From: Octopus vulgaris
Lineage: Eukaryota
Length of the DNA stretch: 64,000 nucleotides
Assembly: GCA_951406725.2 (NCBI GenBank)
Contig: OX597820.1
Span: forward strand, 39,060,001 to 39,124,000
Direction: 5' to 3'
Shown: positions 10,975 to 24,782 of the stretch, piece by piece
How positions within the stretch are numbered: position 1 is the stretch's first letter
How the letters are laid out: every line of letters begins with the position of its first letter
Notes under the pieces: model-generated
What the model was told of the DNA's origin: nothing
What the model saw: only the letters and a program-made list of their open reading frames with translations
Database searches by the model: none
Translations under genes and position numbers: made by a program

Positions 10975-11505
10975 AAACTCGCTTGGATGCGCATTCAGTA
11001 TAAAATAATACATACCAGCTTCTACTACCAATCATAAATACAACGTGATTTCAAGTATAACCACTTTCTCATTGCAGATATGTACCTGTTACTCATTTTA
11101 GAACATTATTTTCTATAAGGTCTTAAATTATTAGCTACTATGATTTTGCTTATATTTTTACAAGTGTACTCTGTGTATGTCTGTGTATATGTACACAAGC
11201 CGTTTCTTTGCATATATTCTCTGACGCAAAATGCACTAACAATAATTGACACAAAGTTGATTAGATTTGGTCAAATAGTAGCGTTGCGAGATCGAATCCG
11301 GAAGCATTTGTTTGACAAGCGAGCTTCATAATCACATAGCCTACGTTCAAATAAATTCAGATTTACTCTGCTTAAATTGGGGATTGAAAATAAACGGTTG
11401 CAATACAGTAAACCAAATCCAGAACACGTTCTCCCTAGAAATGTATGTCATTGTACATATTTATAGTATCAAGACTATAGAAGCAGCAATGAAGTAATAG
11501 TATTG

Positions 11506-11595
<90 letters not shown>

Positions 11596-11596
11596 T
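11506..11596. repeat. (CTA)n microsatellite
   Basis: Directly visible; another copy at 30825-30887. Confidence 0.95.
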
Positions 11597-12660
11597 TCGT
11601 AGTATGATGGAAAAAGCATGTAGAAAAGTTCTTTCTGGGTGAAATGACGTCGTCCTATCTATAACTCTTTATCAGATAGAAACACAAAATCACTTGAAGA
11701 AATCGCGCGATAAGTAACTAATTGGTCTGTATGAAATTCGAAGCCATTCATCGTCGTTGCTATCCATTAATTCCTTATGTTACTCCGCGTTGTATTCCTA
11801 CAGAGCCGGTTATTGGTTTTGTGTTTGGTGCCGATCACACTTTGATCTTTCTTCTGGTTTTAATAGACCATATGTATTCCAATACTTCACCTTTAGACCA
11901 GTTGGATATAATGTGCTTTAGTTATTCGTTTATCTAATTTCAGCTTCTTATCTTTCTTTTTTCTTTCTAATTTTTATTTCTCTCCATTCGTTTGATCATG
12001 GACATTCCGGGAAGAAATATTGTGTGAAAGTTGAAACCTCATTAAAACTTTCTAAATCAGTATGACAGTTATATGTGAATACTAGAATTTTCTTGTATAG
12101 AATGCAGTGAGAAATTCAGAAAATGTCTACTATCTACTATATTATTAGTAGAATACTTTATGACTTTCGGTTATTGAATGTCAAATGTGTATTTATTCAT
12201 ATATACCTATTAGCAAACAATGGTAACTATGCTTACATTTCAAGTAGTGATACGGTGCCTGAGACACATTATAGAATTACGGCAAAGAAATTCTTTCTGG
12301 GAGATCTACTTTTTGTCTTATTGAGCTCTCTCCGAAGTTTACTTTCTTCAACGTCGTTTAATTATGTAATTAGTGTGCTATCGATGCTTATTTCAAATGG
12401 AACAGCATTGAAATTAATTCAATTACAATCCATTTGTGGAATGTGTTTCTCTGCTCATATGTATACTCACACACTAAACACATACGCACACACACACACA
12501 AACACAGAATCTCACACACATTCACATATATATAAGTAGTGTATATATATATATTTACGTTTATATATTTGTTGTGTAAGATTTATTGGCTAAACTGGCA
12601 AAATGACTATTCCGAAATACAACAATATATATATATATATATATTATTTGTTATTGTTTT

Positions 12661-12880
12661 ATCTTTTATATTTTACTTGTTTCTGCCTTTTGACTACGGC
12701 AATGCTGGGACACTGCGTTACAAGGTTTAGTGTACCTAATTGTCTCTGATACTTGTGTTTGAAAGCCAGGTACTTATTCTAAAGTCCACTTTCGAGAAAT
12801 CACTTCGTTATTGGGGCGTATATAAACCGACACCGATTTCCAGGCAATGATGGGGTCAACCACAAAGATATACACACATA
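12661..12880 (-). mobile_element. SINE family A degenerate 3' half
   Basis: CTTGTTTC...TTTGACTACGGCAATGCTGG...TACTTATTCT matches the family A 3' half. Confidence 0.7.
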
Positions 12881-12944
12881 TGTACACACTGGAGAAATCC
12901 ACGCAACAATTATTTATACATATACATGTATATATATATATATA

Positions 12945-13147
12945 GAGGGTTGGCCAAAATCACCTGGCAGTAAATCAAAACCAAATAAATCTTCAAGATT
13001 TATTTACGTTTAACAGCAGAATGAATTTAATAAAAACATCTAAATATGAAGAATCATGAAAATTGTTCAACTGAAATCCCTCTTGAGCGACACATTTTTC
13101 CATTGGAGTTTTGATTTACTGTCGGGTGATTTTTACCCAAATTTGGA
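12945..13147. mobile_element. ~200-bp MITE with imperfect ~35-bp TIRs (Tc1/mariner-like by its TA flanks)
   Basis: GGTTGGCCAAAATCACCTGGCAGTAAATCAAAAC versus GTTTTGATTTACTGTCGGGTGATTTTTACCCAA; (TA)n on both sides. Confidence 0.7.
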
Positions 13148-13586
13148 TATATATATATATATTTCTACCTCTTGGCTGAAACAGCTGTAAGTTATTTTCC
13201 CAATTTAGATTCATGTTTGTTATTTTATAATAATTACTGGTATCCTTATATATAAATATATTTTAGATCTTATATGTAAAACATAATATGTTATAAGTAT
13301 GTATATTATTGTAACTATCAGTTTAGTAAATAAATAAATTAACATGATGTAATGTCTAAAAGTTGATGAACCATTTATTGATCCCCTCCATTTTCTTATT
13401 GCTACATATATATATATATATATATATCATGACATAACTTCGTTCAATTACCATATCGCAAATTTATTCAGAAGGCTTTCGTCGAAGCGGGCAATGATGG
13501 AAGTCACATACCCAACGTGCTAAGATATAAGACTGAACCCAAATCACGTATTTAGAAAGCAAGCTTCTTAAACAATCAGGCCAGTG

Positions 13587-13662
<76 letters not shown>

Positions 13663-13669
13663 CAGGAAG

Positions 13670-14240
13670 CCAAAAAAGTCGGTTGAGAAATTCCTGAATC
13701 GGGAAGCAAAGATTGGGAACACAGAGGGTGATATAATTGCGAGGAAGAGTAAAACCCGGGTGGCATGCCACAGTTTAAGATCTGTATAGAAGTCGAAACT
13801 TCGTAAAGACCTGATAATCCGTCTCTTCGTTGCTGCAGTGGAGTCTGTGTTGTACTGGTCTGAGACTTGGACACTGACCAAGAAACTCAGTCAGTGGACG
13901 GGTGCTATACCAGAATTCTGAGGATGGCTCTGAACATTATGTAGCAGAAACTGAGGATGAAGATCTTAGAGTTGTACAAGAGCCTCCCAATAGTTAGATC
14001 GAAAATAACACAGAGGAGGCGGATATGATCACCGTCATTCAGAGTTGATAATGTATTCAGTGCTTCTGTGGGGGCCCCAACAAGGACACATTAGAAAAGG
14101 GAGACCGAGGATAACATATGTTGATACTCTTAGGACAGACATTTGTCTCTGGCAGATACAGGACGTGGTAGCGACGACGAGAGACAAAAACCACTGGAAA
14201 GAGCTCGTCCATGGATGTCGGCAATTTTACCCGCCTTAGA
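13670..14240 (+). mobile_element. RTE-clade LINE 3' fragment (post-RT C-terminal region), dead
   Basis: Translates with frameshifts to KSKLRKDLIIRLFVAAVESVL..SETWTLTKK..DGCYTRILRMALNI...LLWGPQQGHIRKGRPRITYVDTL. Confidence 0.85.
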
Positions 14241-14495
14241 TATGTTTGTGTGTGTGTGTATAGTTCCTGTGTTTGGGTAAAAGAATATACTAGAGAATCA
14301 GTTAATTATGATTTTATTCGTCATATTCCCGTTTCAGATTCACACACTTACTGCAGCTGTCCTTCAGATTTTATAAGCCCTGTAAAATAACTCTGAATGT
14401 TTAGCCTCCTATCAGGCCTTTTGTGAGACCCTTAAAGCCAGGACGTTTTCAGCACTCCATCGTATATAAGTGTTTGTGAGTGTGTGTGTGTGGGC

Positions 14496-14549
<54 letters not shown>

Positions 14550-14611
14550 ATGTGTGTGCGTGTGTGTGTGTATGTCTGTGTATGTGTGCGTGTGTATGTA
14601 TGTATGTATAT

Positions 14612-15141
14612 GTAAGGTCACTTTCGAGTGCTCCTGGTAACATGTAACCCAGTACAACCTGTTGAATGGTCGGGTCGTCGGCGACTAAACCGGCAACCCC
14701 ACCAAGGTGTTTATTGGACACCCTGCGGGTTGAAAAACAAAACCCGTCAAAGGGCGGAGGAGCATTTGAGAGTCAACGGCCATCCAATAAATGTCTTAAG
14801 GCTGGATCATGTGCGAGGACAGAAATAATCGGACTGAATACCCGATCGCGCGGTTAAACCATTGGGAGTGAAGGACTCCTAGCCTTTGTTAAGGCATCCT
14901 TCTAGGAGAATGTAACTGGGATAACTCCGACACAAAAAACCTGCGTCTCAGTGGTTACCGATGATGTTGACTTGTTCTTCTTTTCGGATTATGGCTGCTA
15001 ATGCTTAGTGAGTGGGATTGACTCAGTGCACAGCCTTTCCTCACTTTAAAAAATCTTCTTGCACAGGCATTGCACAATAACAACATTGATTAAGCTTCGC
15101 GCAATGGCCATACTCGATAACAGGGGGCAGCATCACCATGT
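14612..15141 (+). mobile_element. GC-rich repeat resembling an RTE-type 5' UTR or non-autonomous derivative
   Basis: Contains GGCATCCTTCTAGGAGAATGTAACT, similar to the recalled RTE 5' UTR motif GGCAACCAGTCTAGGAGAAGGAAAACTCTG; flanked by microsatellites. Confidence 0.5.
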
Positions 15142-15267
15142 ATATATATATATATGCATATATATATATATATATTGATTAAGAAATGCGACAATGGCCA
15201 TAGTAATCGATAACGAGGGGGCAGCCATCACCACGTATATGTATATATGTATATAGAAGATATAGAG

Positions 15268-15303
<36 letters not shown>

Positions 15304-15344
15304 ATGTATGTGTAAATATATATATATATTTATATGTATGTATG

Positions 15345-15389
<45 letters not shown>

Positions 15390-15475
15390 TTGTCAGCATT
15401 TTCTTCATTGCCTTTTATATATCACAACTCGTATATCTCCTTTTTTTAAATATATATATATATATATATATATAA

Positions 15476-15580
<105 letters not shown>

Positions 15581-15582
15581 GT

Positions 15583-15803
15583 AGGCGGCGAGCTGGCAGA
15601 AACGTTAGCACGCCGGGCGAAATTCGTAGCCGTATTTTGTCTGTCGTTGCGTTCCGAGTTCAAATTTCGCCGAGGTCGACTTTGCCTTTCATCCTTTCGG
15701 GGTCGATAAATTAAGTACCAGTTACGCACTGGGGTCGATGTAATCGACTTAATCCCTTTGTCTGTCCTTGTTTGTCCCCTCTGTATTTAGCCTTGTGGGT
15801 ATA
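15583..15803 (+). mobile_element. tRNA-related SINE family B, best-preserved copy
   Basis: AGGCGGCGAGCTGGCAGAAACGTTAGCACG...GAGTTCAAATTTCGCC (B-box-like), then GCCTTTCATCCTTTCGGGGTCGATAAATTAAGTACCAG, a central domain resembling conserved metazoan SINE domains; many degenerate copies in the window. Confidence 0.85.
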
Positions 15804-15828
15804 ATATATATGTATATATATGTGTATG

Positions 15829-15905
<77 letters not shown>

Positions 15906-16322
15906 GTATATGTATATATGTATGTATGTGTGTATATATGTATATGTATATGTATTTAGAGTGAGAGATAAATAGATATTTAATTGCATGTGAATGTGTA
16001 CAAAAGCTCATCGTGTGGAATATGGATGTAATTGAAATGTCAGAATTTTCACATGCTGTAACATATTAATTGATTTCCGATGAGAATTACGTTAAGCGCA
16101 CCCATAACCGTAAGGGACTTCATTTGATCGGGCATCTGGTATACTTCAGAAAAGTGCCAAAAGATATTCTTACCTAATAGCAAATACAAATGGATGCCTT
16201 GTTCTCAGATGAATAGATTAAAATACGTTCTATTTTGCGTATGAAATGGGATGGAAAACTGCGTGAAGCATTTCTAAAATTTATTTGCGGATCTATGAAA
16301 TCTCCATATACTATTGACTAAT

Positions 16323-16445
16323 ACCTGAAGATCCGTCTCTACGTTGCTGCAGCGGAGTCTGTGTTGTAGTACGGGTCTGAGACATGGACACTGACCAAGA
16401 AACTCACTCAGATATTGGATGGGGGCTACACGAGAATTCTGTGGT
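16323..16445 (+). mobile_element. RTE LINE fragment, same family as 13670-14240
   Basis: LKIRLYVAAAESVL*YGSETWTLTKKLTQILDGGYTRIL; near-identical DNA to 13810-13920. Confidence 0.85.
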
Positions 16446-16649
16446 CGCGTATGTGCTCGCGAATGTGCTTACATATATGTGTTCACGTATGTGCTTAAAT
16501 GCATGTGCTCTAATCTGACTTAGCGTGTTTTTTATGTCCCTAGAACAAAGAGGTTCGGCAAAATACCGAGAGAGAGAATGTTTGTGCGCCTGTCTGCCTA
16601 TGTGTGTATGTATCTTCCTGTGTACGTTTGTGCGTATGTTTTCGCATCT

Positions 16650-16872
16650 ATCTTTTAACTCTTTCTTGTTTCACTCATTAAACCGCGGCCATGCTGTGAA
16701 ACCGCCTTGAAGAAATTTTAGTCGAATGAATCGACCCCAGTACTTTTTAAAGCCTGATACTTATTGTATCGCCGATATTGCCGAACCGCTAAGTTATGTG
16801 AACACAAGCATTTCAAAACCGGTTGTCAAGCGGTGGAAGGGGGACAAACACAGACTCAAAGATACACACAGG
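16650..16872 (-). mobile_element. SINE family A 3' half
   Basis: CGGCCATGCTG...TCGACCCCAG...GCCGAACCGCTAAGTTA...GGTTGTCAAGCG. Confidence 0.8.
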
Positions 16873-16883
16873 TTTCTATCTAT

Positions 16884-16951
<68 letters not shown>

Positions 16952-16993
16952 ATGTCTATCTATCTATATACATCTATCTGTCTGTCTGTCTGT

Positions 16994-17540
16994 CTTGTGT
17001 AAAACTCGGTAAGTCAACTACAGAGACATTGAACATGCTTTGGCAAGCTTACAGCGACGTGGGAATGGGTCGTACGCAATGTTTCGAACCGCAGCTCAAT
17101 CAAAACCATACTCTCCGTCGTTTTCAACATCCGCATTATTGTCCATCAAGAATTCATCTCCTAGGGCCAGACCATCAATCGAGAGTTCTATTGCGACGTT
17201 TTCCAAGTCTTTGACAGAAGACATTTGGCGAAAGCGACCAGATCTGCAAGGCACGAAAGATTGGATTCTTCACGGCAGCAATACACTCATAAGTTTCTAA
17301 CCAAAACTCAACATGTGATTGCTTCCGCGCCAGCCCTATTCGCCAGATTTAGCACCTGCGGACTTCCATCTCTTCCCTAAGATGAAAATACAGCTAAAAA
17401 TTTGCCGTTTTAACACCGTTGTCAAGATCCAGAGTACATCGCAGAGGGTCCTCAAATTGTTTACGGAAAACGACTTCCAGACCCGATTAGAAAAGTAGCA
17501 GAATCTCTGGGACGGGCGTATTACTGCGCAAGGTGAATAA
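16994..17540 (+). mobile_element. Internally deleted mariner transposase pseudogene
   Basis: N-terminal CVKLGKSTTETLNMLWQAYSDVGMGRTQCFE joined to GQTINREFYCDV...RKRPDL...WILH and QPYSPDLAPADFHLFPKMK (the mariner YSPDLAP-x-D motif). Confidence 0.9.
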
Positions 17541-17659
17541 CGGATAGACAAAGAGGACTGGATATACTTGCTTTAAAGTTTTAAAAGCAATTCTCCAGAT
17601 GAGTGCCAGTAAAGACGTTTAATGTTCATAGGAAATACAATCCCTACTGATGGGTACAA

Positions 17660-18260
17660 CAATACACTGATAACATTGATTTCAAATATTGACACATGGC
17701 CAGACATTTTCGGGAAGGGATAAATCGACTACATCAACGCCAGTGTTTAATTGGTACTTTTTTGTATTGGTACCGAAGGGATAAAAAGTTAAGTCAACCA
17801 CGGCAGCATTTCAACACAGTAGATAAAGATACACGAACTACAACTGAGCATTTTGCCCGGCTTGCTTACAATTCTGCCAGCTCACTGCCCAACTACACTG
17901 ATAATATTGACTTCAAATTTTGACTCAAGGCCAGCAGATTTGGAAGAGGGACTTAGTCGATTAGGTCGACCTCAGTGTTCAGCTGGAATTATTTTATCGA
18001 CCCCGTGCTAAGGATTCTGCAAAGTCCCCGCCTTAAAAGGCATTTTGTCCGTCGATCTCACGATGCTGCGAGTCTACCACATCTCACTACTCTGATAACC
18101 CAGTGTCCAACCAGCATTTATTGAATCGAGTCCGAAACGATAGAACACAAAGTCGGCATCTATAGAATTTGAACTCAAAAAGTTAAGCCGGACGAAATGC
18201 TGCTCAGCATATTGCGCGGTGTCCAAAAGGTTTTCCTAGCTCACCGCGTTCACTACACTA
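17660..18260 (-). mobile_element. Cluster of about three degenerate SINE family B copies
   Basis: Repeated CACTGATAA..TTGA.TTCAAAT.TTGAC.CA.GGCCAG, TTTTATCGACCCC and GAATTTGAACTC. Confidence 0.7.
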
Positions 18261-18508
18261 ATAATGTAGCTCAGTTTCTGTACTAGCTCCGAATTTATTT
18301 TGTAGTGAATTCACTTAACTTGTATTTTAGGTTGTCTTGTTTTATAAAATCCATAAATATCATGCAGTCATTTCTGTACACTCCTGGTAAATTACATGAT
18401 TTTCTTCTCTGTCAGTAATCATTTGGCAAGATTCTTCAATAATACATAGAAACAGACAATTGGTTTATGCGAACGATATGCAATTTGATATATACATATA
18501 TGTATATT

Positions 18509-18558
<50 letters not shown>

Positions 18559-18669
18559 CATATGTAAACCGCTTACGTTTTTGATTGCAGGCAATTCACA
18601 ACATATATGCTACATTAAATATATATACACAGACAGATAGATAAATTGATAGATAGATAGATAGATAAT

Positions 18670-18705
<36 letters not shown>

Positions 18706-18714
18706 ATATATATG

Positions 18715-18776
<62 letters not shown>

Positions 18777-18804
18777 CGCATATATTTATATATATATACA
18801 TACA

Positions 18805-18948
18805 CGTGTGGTAAGTAGCTTCCTTACCAACCAAATGGTTCCTGGTTCAGTCCCACTGCTTGGTACCTTGAGCAAATGTCTTCTAGTATAGCTTCGGGCC
18901 GACCAAAACCTTGTGAGTGAATTTGGAAGACGGAAACTGCAAGAAGAC

Positions 18949-19007
<59 letters not shown>

Positions 19008-19240
19008 TGTATGTATGTGTGTGTGCATATGTCTGTGTGTCTGTTCGTCCACCCAACATCACATGACAACCGATATTGGTCTGTTTACATTCCCGTAACT
19101 TAGCGGTTCGGTAAAATAGACAGACAGAATAAGTACTAAGCTTACAAAGATTAAGCTCTGTGGTCGATTTGCTCGACAAAAGCCGGTGCTCCAGCATGGC
19201 CACAGTCAAATGACTGAAACAAATAAAAGAGTAAAAGAAA
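18805..19240 (+). mobile_element. SINE family A, near full length
   Basis: GTGTGGTAAGTAGCTTCC...GGTTCAGTCCCACTGC...TGACTGAAACAAATAAAAGAGTAAAAG. Confidence 0.9.
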
Positions 19241-19272
19241 ATACTTAATATATGTATGGATGGATGGATGGT

Positions 19273-19345
<73 letters not shown>

Positions 19346-19427
19346 GTATATATATATGTATATATATATATATGTATATATATATGTATATATATATATT
19401 TATATATATATTTATACATATATATAT

Positions 19428-19467
<40 letters not shown>

Positions 19468-19487
19468 TTACATACATATATATTTAG

Positions 19488-19523
<36 letters not shown>

Positions 19524-20485
19524 GTATATGTATATGTATATATATATATCTTCTTCAAACACATTAACTGTAATTTGTGGGTTTCAGCCTGGTAATATGA
19601 TTTATGAATTCCGAAAATTCTGTTTCAATCATTAATATGATTTCTAAAATCAGATTTCAGATAATTTCTCTTTCAAGCCTAAAAATGAATTTCGCAAGCT
19701 GACAACGAGGAAGTAATTTTCAAAATACTGTAAAACCAGAGTTGCAGATACAGGAATAATACATACTCTAGTTTCATAGGAATTACGAACTCATTAGACT
19801 TTACTTTTGTCTATAAGTTTTAGCTGTGTAAAATCCTTCGAAGTGTTCTTGCTGTTTCCTTCTCTTGCGCGTAGAAATCAATATATCATCGAATACTATG
19901 TCGAAATATAAAATCGATTTTTAAAGTTATGGAACTGATGTCGTCGAAGTTGCAGTAAACAATATGAATGCATATTTAACTGAATTGCGATCTATATGCT
20001 CCATATATAGTAGCTCTTGGAATCAAGTAATGATTTATTACTTAGGTACAATATTTACCAATTTATAGGAAAATGGATTTATATCATGTTTGTATCAATG
20101 ATTTTGTCGACTTAATTGGAGCAAAATATCTTCAATGCAGAGTGAAAAGCAGTTAAGCAACTCAAAAGTCTGGGAAGCTACGTTTCGCTCGACAGACGTT
20201 GAAAACGCGACTACGTCACTCTCTTCACACACCTATATATAACCGTTTGAATAAACATCAGTTGAAGACGAACCCAATAGGATTTAGATACCAAATATAT
20301 CATATGCCTTCCGGCATATTACTACTTCGTACATTCTATAGATTCAATAACACTTTTAGTGATAACTACAAAATCCTCATTACTGCAGACTTCTTACCCA
20401 CACGTACGCACGCTCACACACAAACACAGACAGACACAAATATGTATATATACATATATTTGTACATATATTATACACAATATAT

Positions 20486-20529
<44 letters not shown>

Positions 20530-20630
20530 CCTATATATATATATATGCATATATGTATGCATGTATTTATTTATGTATTTATGAATGTATGTCTCTATCT
20601 GTCTGTCTGTCTATCCATCAATCTATCTAT

Positions 20631-20677
<47 letters not shown>

Positions 20678-20761
20678 CTTATCTATTTATCTATCTATAT
20701 CTATATACACACACACGCTACGCACACACACATACGCACACACGCACACACACATGCACAT

Positions 20762-21107
20762 TGGTGCAATCATAGTTATATGGTAACAAGTTTTGCTTCC
20801 CAGTCGAATGGTCTCTGATTTAGTCAAACTCTGTGGCACCATGGCCAAGTGTCTTGCACTATAGCGTCGCCCCAATGAAAACTTTAAGTATATTCAGCAG
20901 ATGGAAACTGAAAAGAAGCCCGTCGTATATATATATACATATACATACATTGTATATATGGGTAAACACTGACACAAAGAAGCACACACACACATATATA
21001 TATGCATGTATATATGTATGTATTTATACACACACACACATATATATGTATATCTCTCTCTATATATATATATGTATGTATATATATACATATAAATATA
21101 TATATAC

Positions 21108-21141
<34 letters not shown>

Positions 21142-21465
21142 GTATATATATATTTATATGTATATATATATATACATACATATATATATATAGAGAGAGA
21201 GATATACATATATATGTGTGTGTGTGTATAAATACATACATACATATATACATGCATATATATATGTGTGTGTGTGCTTCTTTGTGTCAGTGTTTACCCA
21301 TTCCCCACCGCCTGAAACCGGTGTCGGTGTGTTTACCTCCACGTAACGTAGAGGTTCGTAAAAAGACTGGCTTGCGGGAAAAAAATAATTTGTGTAGTCG
21401 ATTCGTTCATCTAAATCTCCTCCAAGTCGGTAACCCTGAATGACCGCTGTCTAATGATAGAAGCA
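20762..21465 (+). mobile_element. SINE family A, degenerate, containing an internal palindrome
   Basis: Head at 20762-20925 (GGAAACTGAAAAGAAGCCCGTCG) and 3' half at 21270-21465. Confidence 0.7.
20958..21301. repeat. ~340-bp near-perfect palindrome centred on (TA)n
   Basis: ATGGGTAAACACTGACACAAAGAAGCACAC... is mirrored by ...GTGTGCTTCTTTGTGTCAGTGTTTACCCAT, and the microsatellite interruptions are mirrored too. Confidence 0.9.
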
Positions 21466-22173
21466 CTTTATTATACATATGTCAATCTGTATATACTTAA
21501 AATGTGGATGTATTATTGGAACACCAAATGATGAGGTACTCGCCCTGAGAGGTTCTCTCATATAGGCGTACGGTATTAAGAGCACAGTAATATATATCTT
21601 AGCAAACGAGAAGTATTTCATATGCGAACAGAAACTGCTTTATCACGTGGTGTCATGATCCTGCGCTCCCTCGATTCAAGGTATCTGGTCCCGTATACTG
21701 ACCAGTTCTATTTGCAAACGACATGTATATTAACATTGACTTTTCACTCACTGAAATCGCAAGTTGCCAAGGCGCTTCTTAAGAAAGAAGCATAGTGCGC
21801 TAAAATCCGGTGACCATTATTCAGTGTACCTAATAATACATCTTCGTATATAGGATATAAAGATGGTCATTCGATAGTGATATTTCTGCGGTAGCTAGTA
21901 TTTTCACCAAACAATCTCTAGCGGGATATTAGCTCCTCGGTTACAACCGTAAAACAAAAGAAACTATATAGAGAAGTAAAACCTGAGGCTGCATAATTAA
22001 ATGTCTCCAAGGAAATATGTCTTGAGAGAAAGCTTCACCCCATTCGTAGGAGCTTTAAAAAAAACTGATTTTAGTGAATTGTCAAGTCTAACATTTCATC
22101 GGATCACAGTTTTTCTTGTATCTCGTTGGTATCTCGTTTAATCCTAAATGTCCAATTTGTTTTTTGCTACCTT

Positions 22174-22281
<108 letters not shown>

Positions 22282-23149
22282 CATCTTTTCTAGTGTCGTT
22301 TCAATGAAAAATATATAATTTCCATTCGCGAATTCAAATATGGCCTTAAAAAATTTTTGAAAAAGAAAATCAATTGGCTCATGTTATGAAAGAATAAGCT
22401 TCTCGTATGGACTTAATATGAAGAAATTGTTTTATCTGGAAGGAAAGGATTTTACCTATATCAGAGTTGCTTCTCTGCGATCGCTTATTCGAAATCAACG
22501 TCAATAGTGTTTTAATACCAACACATCTAAAAGTGAAATGTGTCTAAGAAATGTAATTGTTTGTCATGCATTTTCTGATATAATTTTCAATTTAATTCTC
22601 CGACCAAATAACCAACACAGTTGCTCTCAAAAATCCTGTACCATCACCTTGTAGATGGAGGTATGCGACAAAAACTGTCTGGATTGGTTGTCATGAAGTT
22701 GAAACAGAAGAGTAATGGGAAAGGACATCTGAGTAAAAGGATGTTTGGTAGAAAAAGTATCTTCTTGTGAATACAATAGTGTATAGCTAACTTAATGTAA
22801 TTATAGGCAATTACCCACATTAGTTGTAAGACACTGGGAAATACATAATTACCTCGTAAATCTAACAGTGTTTAATTAACACGTGCGTCTTAGCGATGAG
22901 TTTACAATGTAAATTACATGTTTGTGTGTATGTGTGTGTATTTACATATGTATGTATGATTAAAACATCAATGTTCGCTTTTTCAACAAAGTTGGATATA
23001 ATTTTCTAGATATAAAAGTGCCAAGTCACTTTTACTGCCACTATTAAAGATACTTGTCATTTATAAATAATATATATGAATACATGTGTAACTGAGGAAT
23101 AGTCGTACATGAGTTTATGCATCTATACCTTGTATGTATTTGTATATAT

Positions 23150-23362
23150 ATATAAACTTAAATAAACTTACATATGTTTCGACCAAAGACTGGCCCAGGC
23201 CTTGTCTAGCTTAATAGAACACCACCTGATAGGATTATCTAAATCGTGTTTAAGTCAAGTTTTGTTTATTGGTCCATTCAAGTAGTGAGTTCTTGTTGAG
23301 TGAGATGTATCCAGGTATGGGTGGCTTATCCAGTATTCCTTGAAGAAATCTGTCCAACACCC
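23150..23362 (-). mobile_element. CR1/L2-group LINE extreme 3' end
   Basis: Minus strand gives LDRFLQGILDKPPIPGYISLNKNSLLEWT (a typical LDxFL..PDxP..PGY...NSL terminus), then a short UTR and an (AAGTTTAT) tail. Confidence 0.75.
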
Positions 23363-23719
23363 GAAACCATAGGATATATTAGCTTCTGAAGGGCATAATA
23401 TTTAACGGTATAATTTTAATTACTTAATTCTTTACCCGTTTCCCTGGCTTACTGTTATTTTCAGTTATTTTGGTGATTTTGGTGGTTGAATCGGAACTTT
23501 AACTCCTATTTCTAAACAGGTTGATGCTTTGTGCATCCATATGCTTTTGCTAATATTTAAATGTATAGCTATATAATGCTATTAAACATGGAATCGCCTA
23601 TATTACTGTTGATATTATTATCAAATACAAATATTCGCCACAGGTAATATTAACAACAGTAATATCTAACATATATATATATATTGAGGTTTAATAAAAC
23701 GACAAGAAGCGGAAATTAT

Positions 23720-23772
<53 letters not shown>

Positions 23773-23939
23773 ATATATATATTTCTTTACGAATGATTTT
23801 GATATACCGTGCCGAGTTTTTCAATCTTGTAAATAGTAATGATAGTATTTATATAAGTTTAAAGCTTATAGCGATCACCGTGCAATGACTAAGGAAAATA
23901 GTCTATTAATGGAGCATATAATCCCACGACAGAAAAAAG

Positions 23940-24300
23940 TAGGCTATCCCAGCCTTCAGATTTGAGCTCCTGCATGTAATGGGGTTTCATACAATTCATT
24001 ATGCAACACCTTACGTATTGTGTGTCTTGACGTGTTGACATTTGCTGGCTGCGATTAAATATTTCCTGCACTGTTACCACGTTTTTCGCTGATCGTGATG
24101 TGGTTTGACGGCCACTTCTTGAATCGTTCACAGAGCCCGTGGTCAACGGCTTTGCATGACAACATTTCATTGTCTCCGTCGTAGTGTTGCATGCATACCA
24201 TTCATGCACGCCACCGTCTCTGAACCAAAACAATGGGATTCCACACTTCATAGCGTGCTGCTATCCTAGCTCGCTCCTGAACAGTCAAGCTGCCGGCCAT
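23940..24300 (-). mobile_element. Tc1/mariner-superfamily transposase N-terminal (DUF4817-like HTH) pseudogene fragment
   Basis: ATG at 24300: MAGSLTVQERARIAARYEVWNPIVLVQRRWR, then a stop/frameshift, then TTGSVNDSRSGRQTTSRSAKNVVTVQEIFNRSQQMSTRQ. Confidence 0.8.
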
Positions 24301-24742
24301 CTGGAAAATAAGAAAAGAGAAATAAGACAATAAGAAAATAAGAAGTCCCCATTCGTGTCGTCTGCTTAAAAAATATTTTCGTCATGATTTCAATGATACT
24401 AATAACTGAACTTTGTTTTATTTTTTATTTTTTATTTTCGTCAACACTTATAAGAATGTTAAAACGATCGTGCTAACCAAAATTGCTACCAGTAACATAC
24501 GAGAAGTCACGATAACACACACTACTTTCGGGAAAGATTAAACTTGCCACTGGAGCAACAAATCATATTTTTAGAAATCTAGGTTAATTTTTTTATGTTG
24601 TCATATATTTTGCCTGAACGCTAGTGTTTCTTTGTTAGAGTTCCTATAATATTCTTTGTAGATAGTTTATATAATTTAATGCTGGTATATTCGGGATTAT
24701 ACACACTCTTATACACACGTATATATATCTACATGCTTGCAT

Positions 24743-24782
<40 letters not shown>

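Noticed and set aside
10710-11037. Numerous [16 protein letters not shown] ORFs here and throughout the track
   Set aside because: These are translations of (TA)n, (CA)n, (TACA)n and (TATC)n microsatellites.
23165-23215. Hammerhead-like GGCC...GGTC-GAAAC-ATAT-GTA on the minus strand
   Set aside because: There is no CTGANGA core (TAGACAA instead), and it lies in the 3' UTR hairpin of a CR1/L2-type LINE end.
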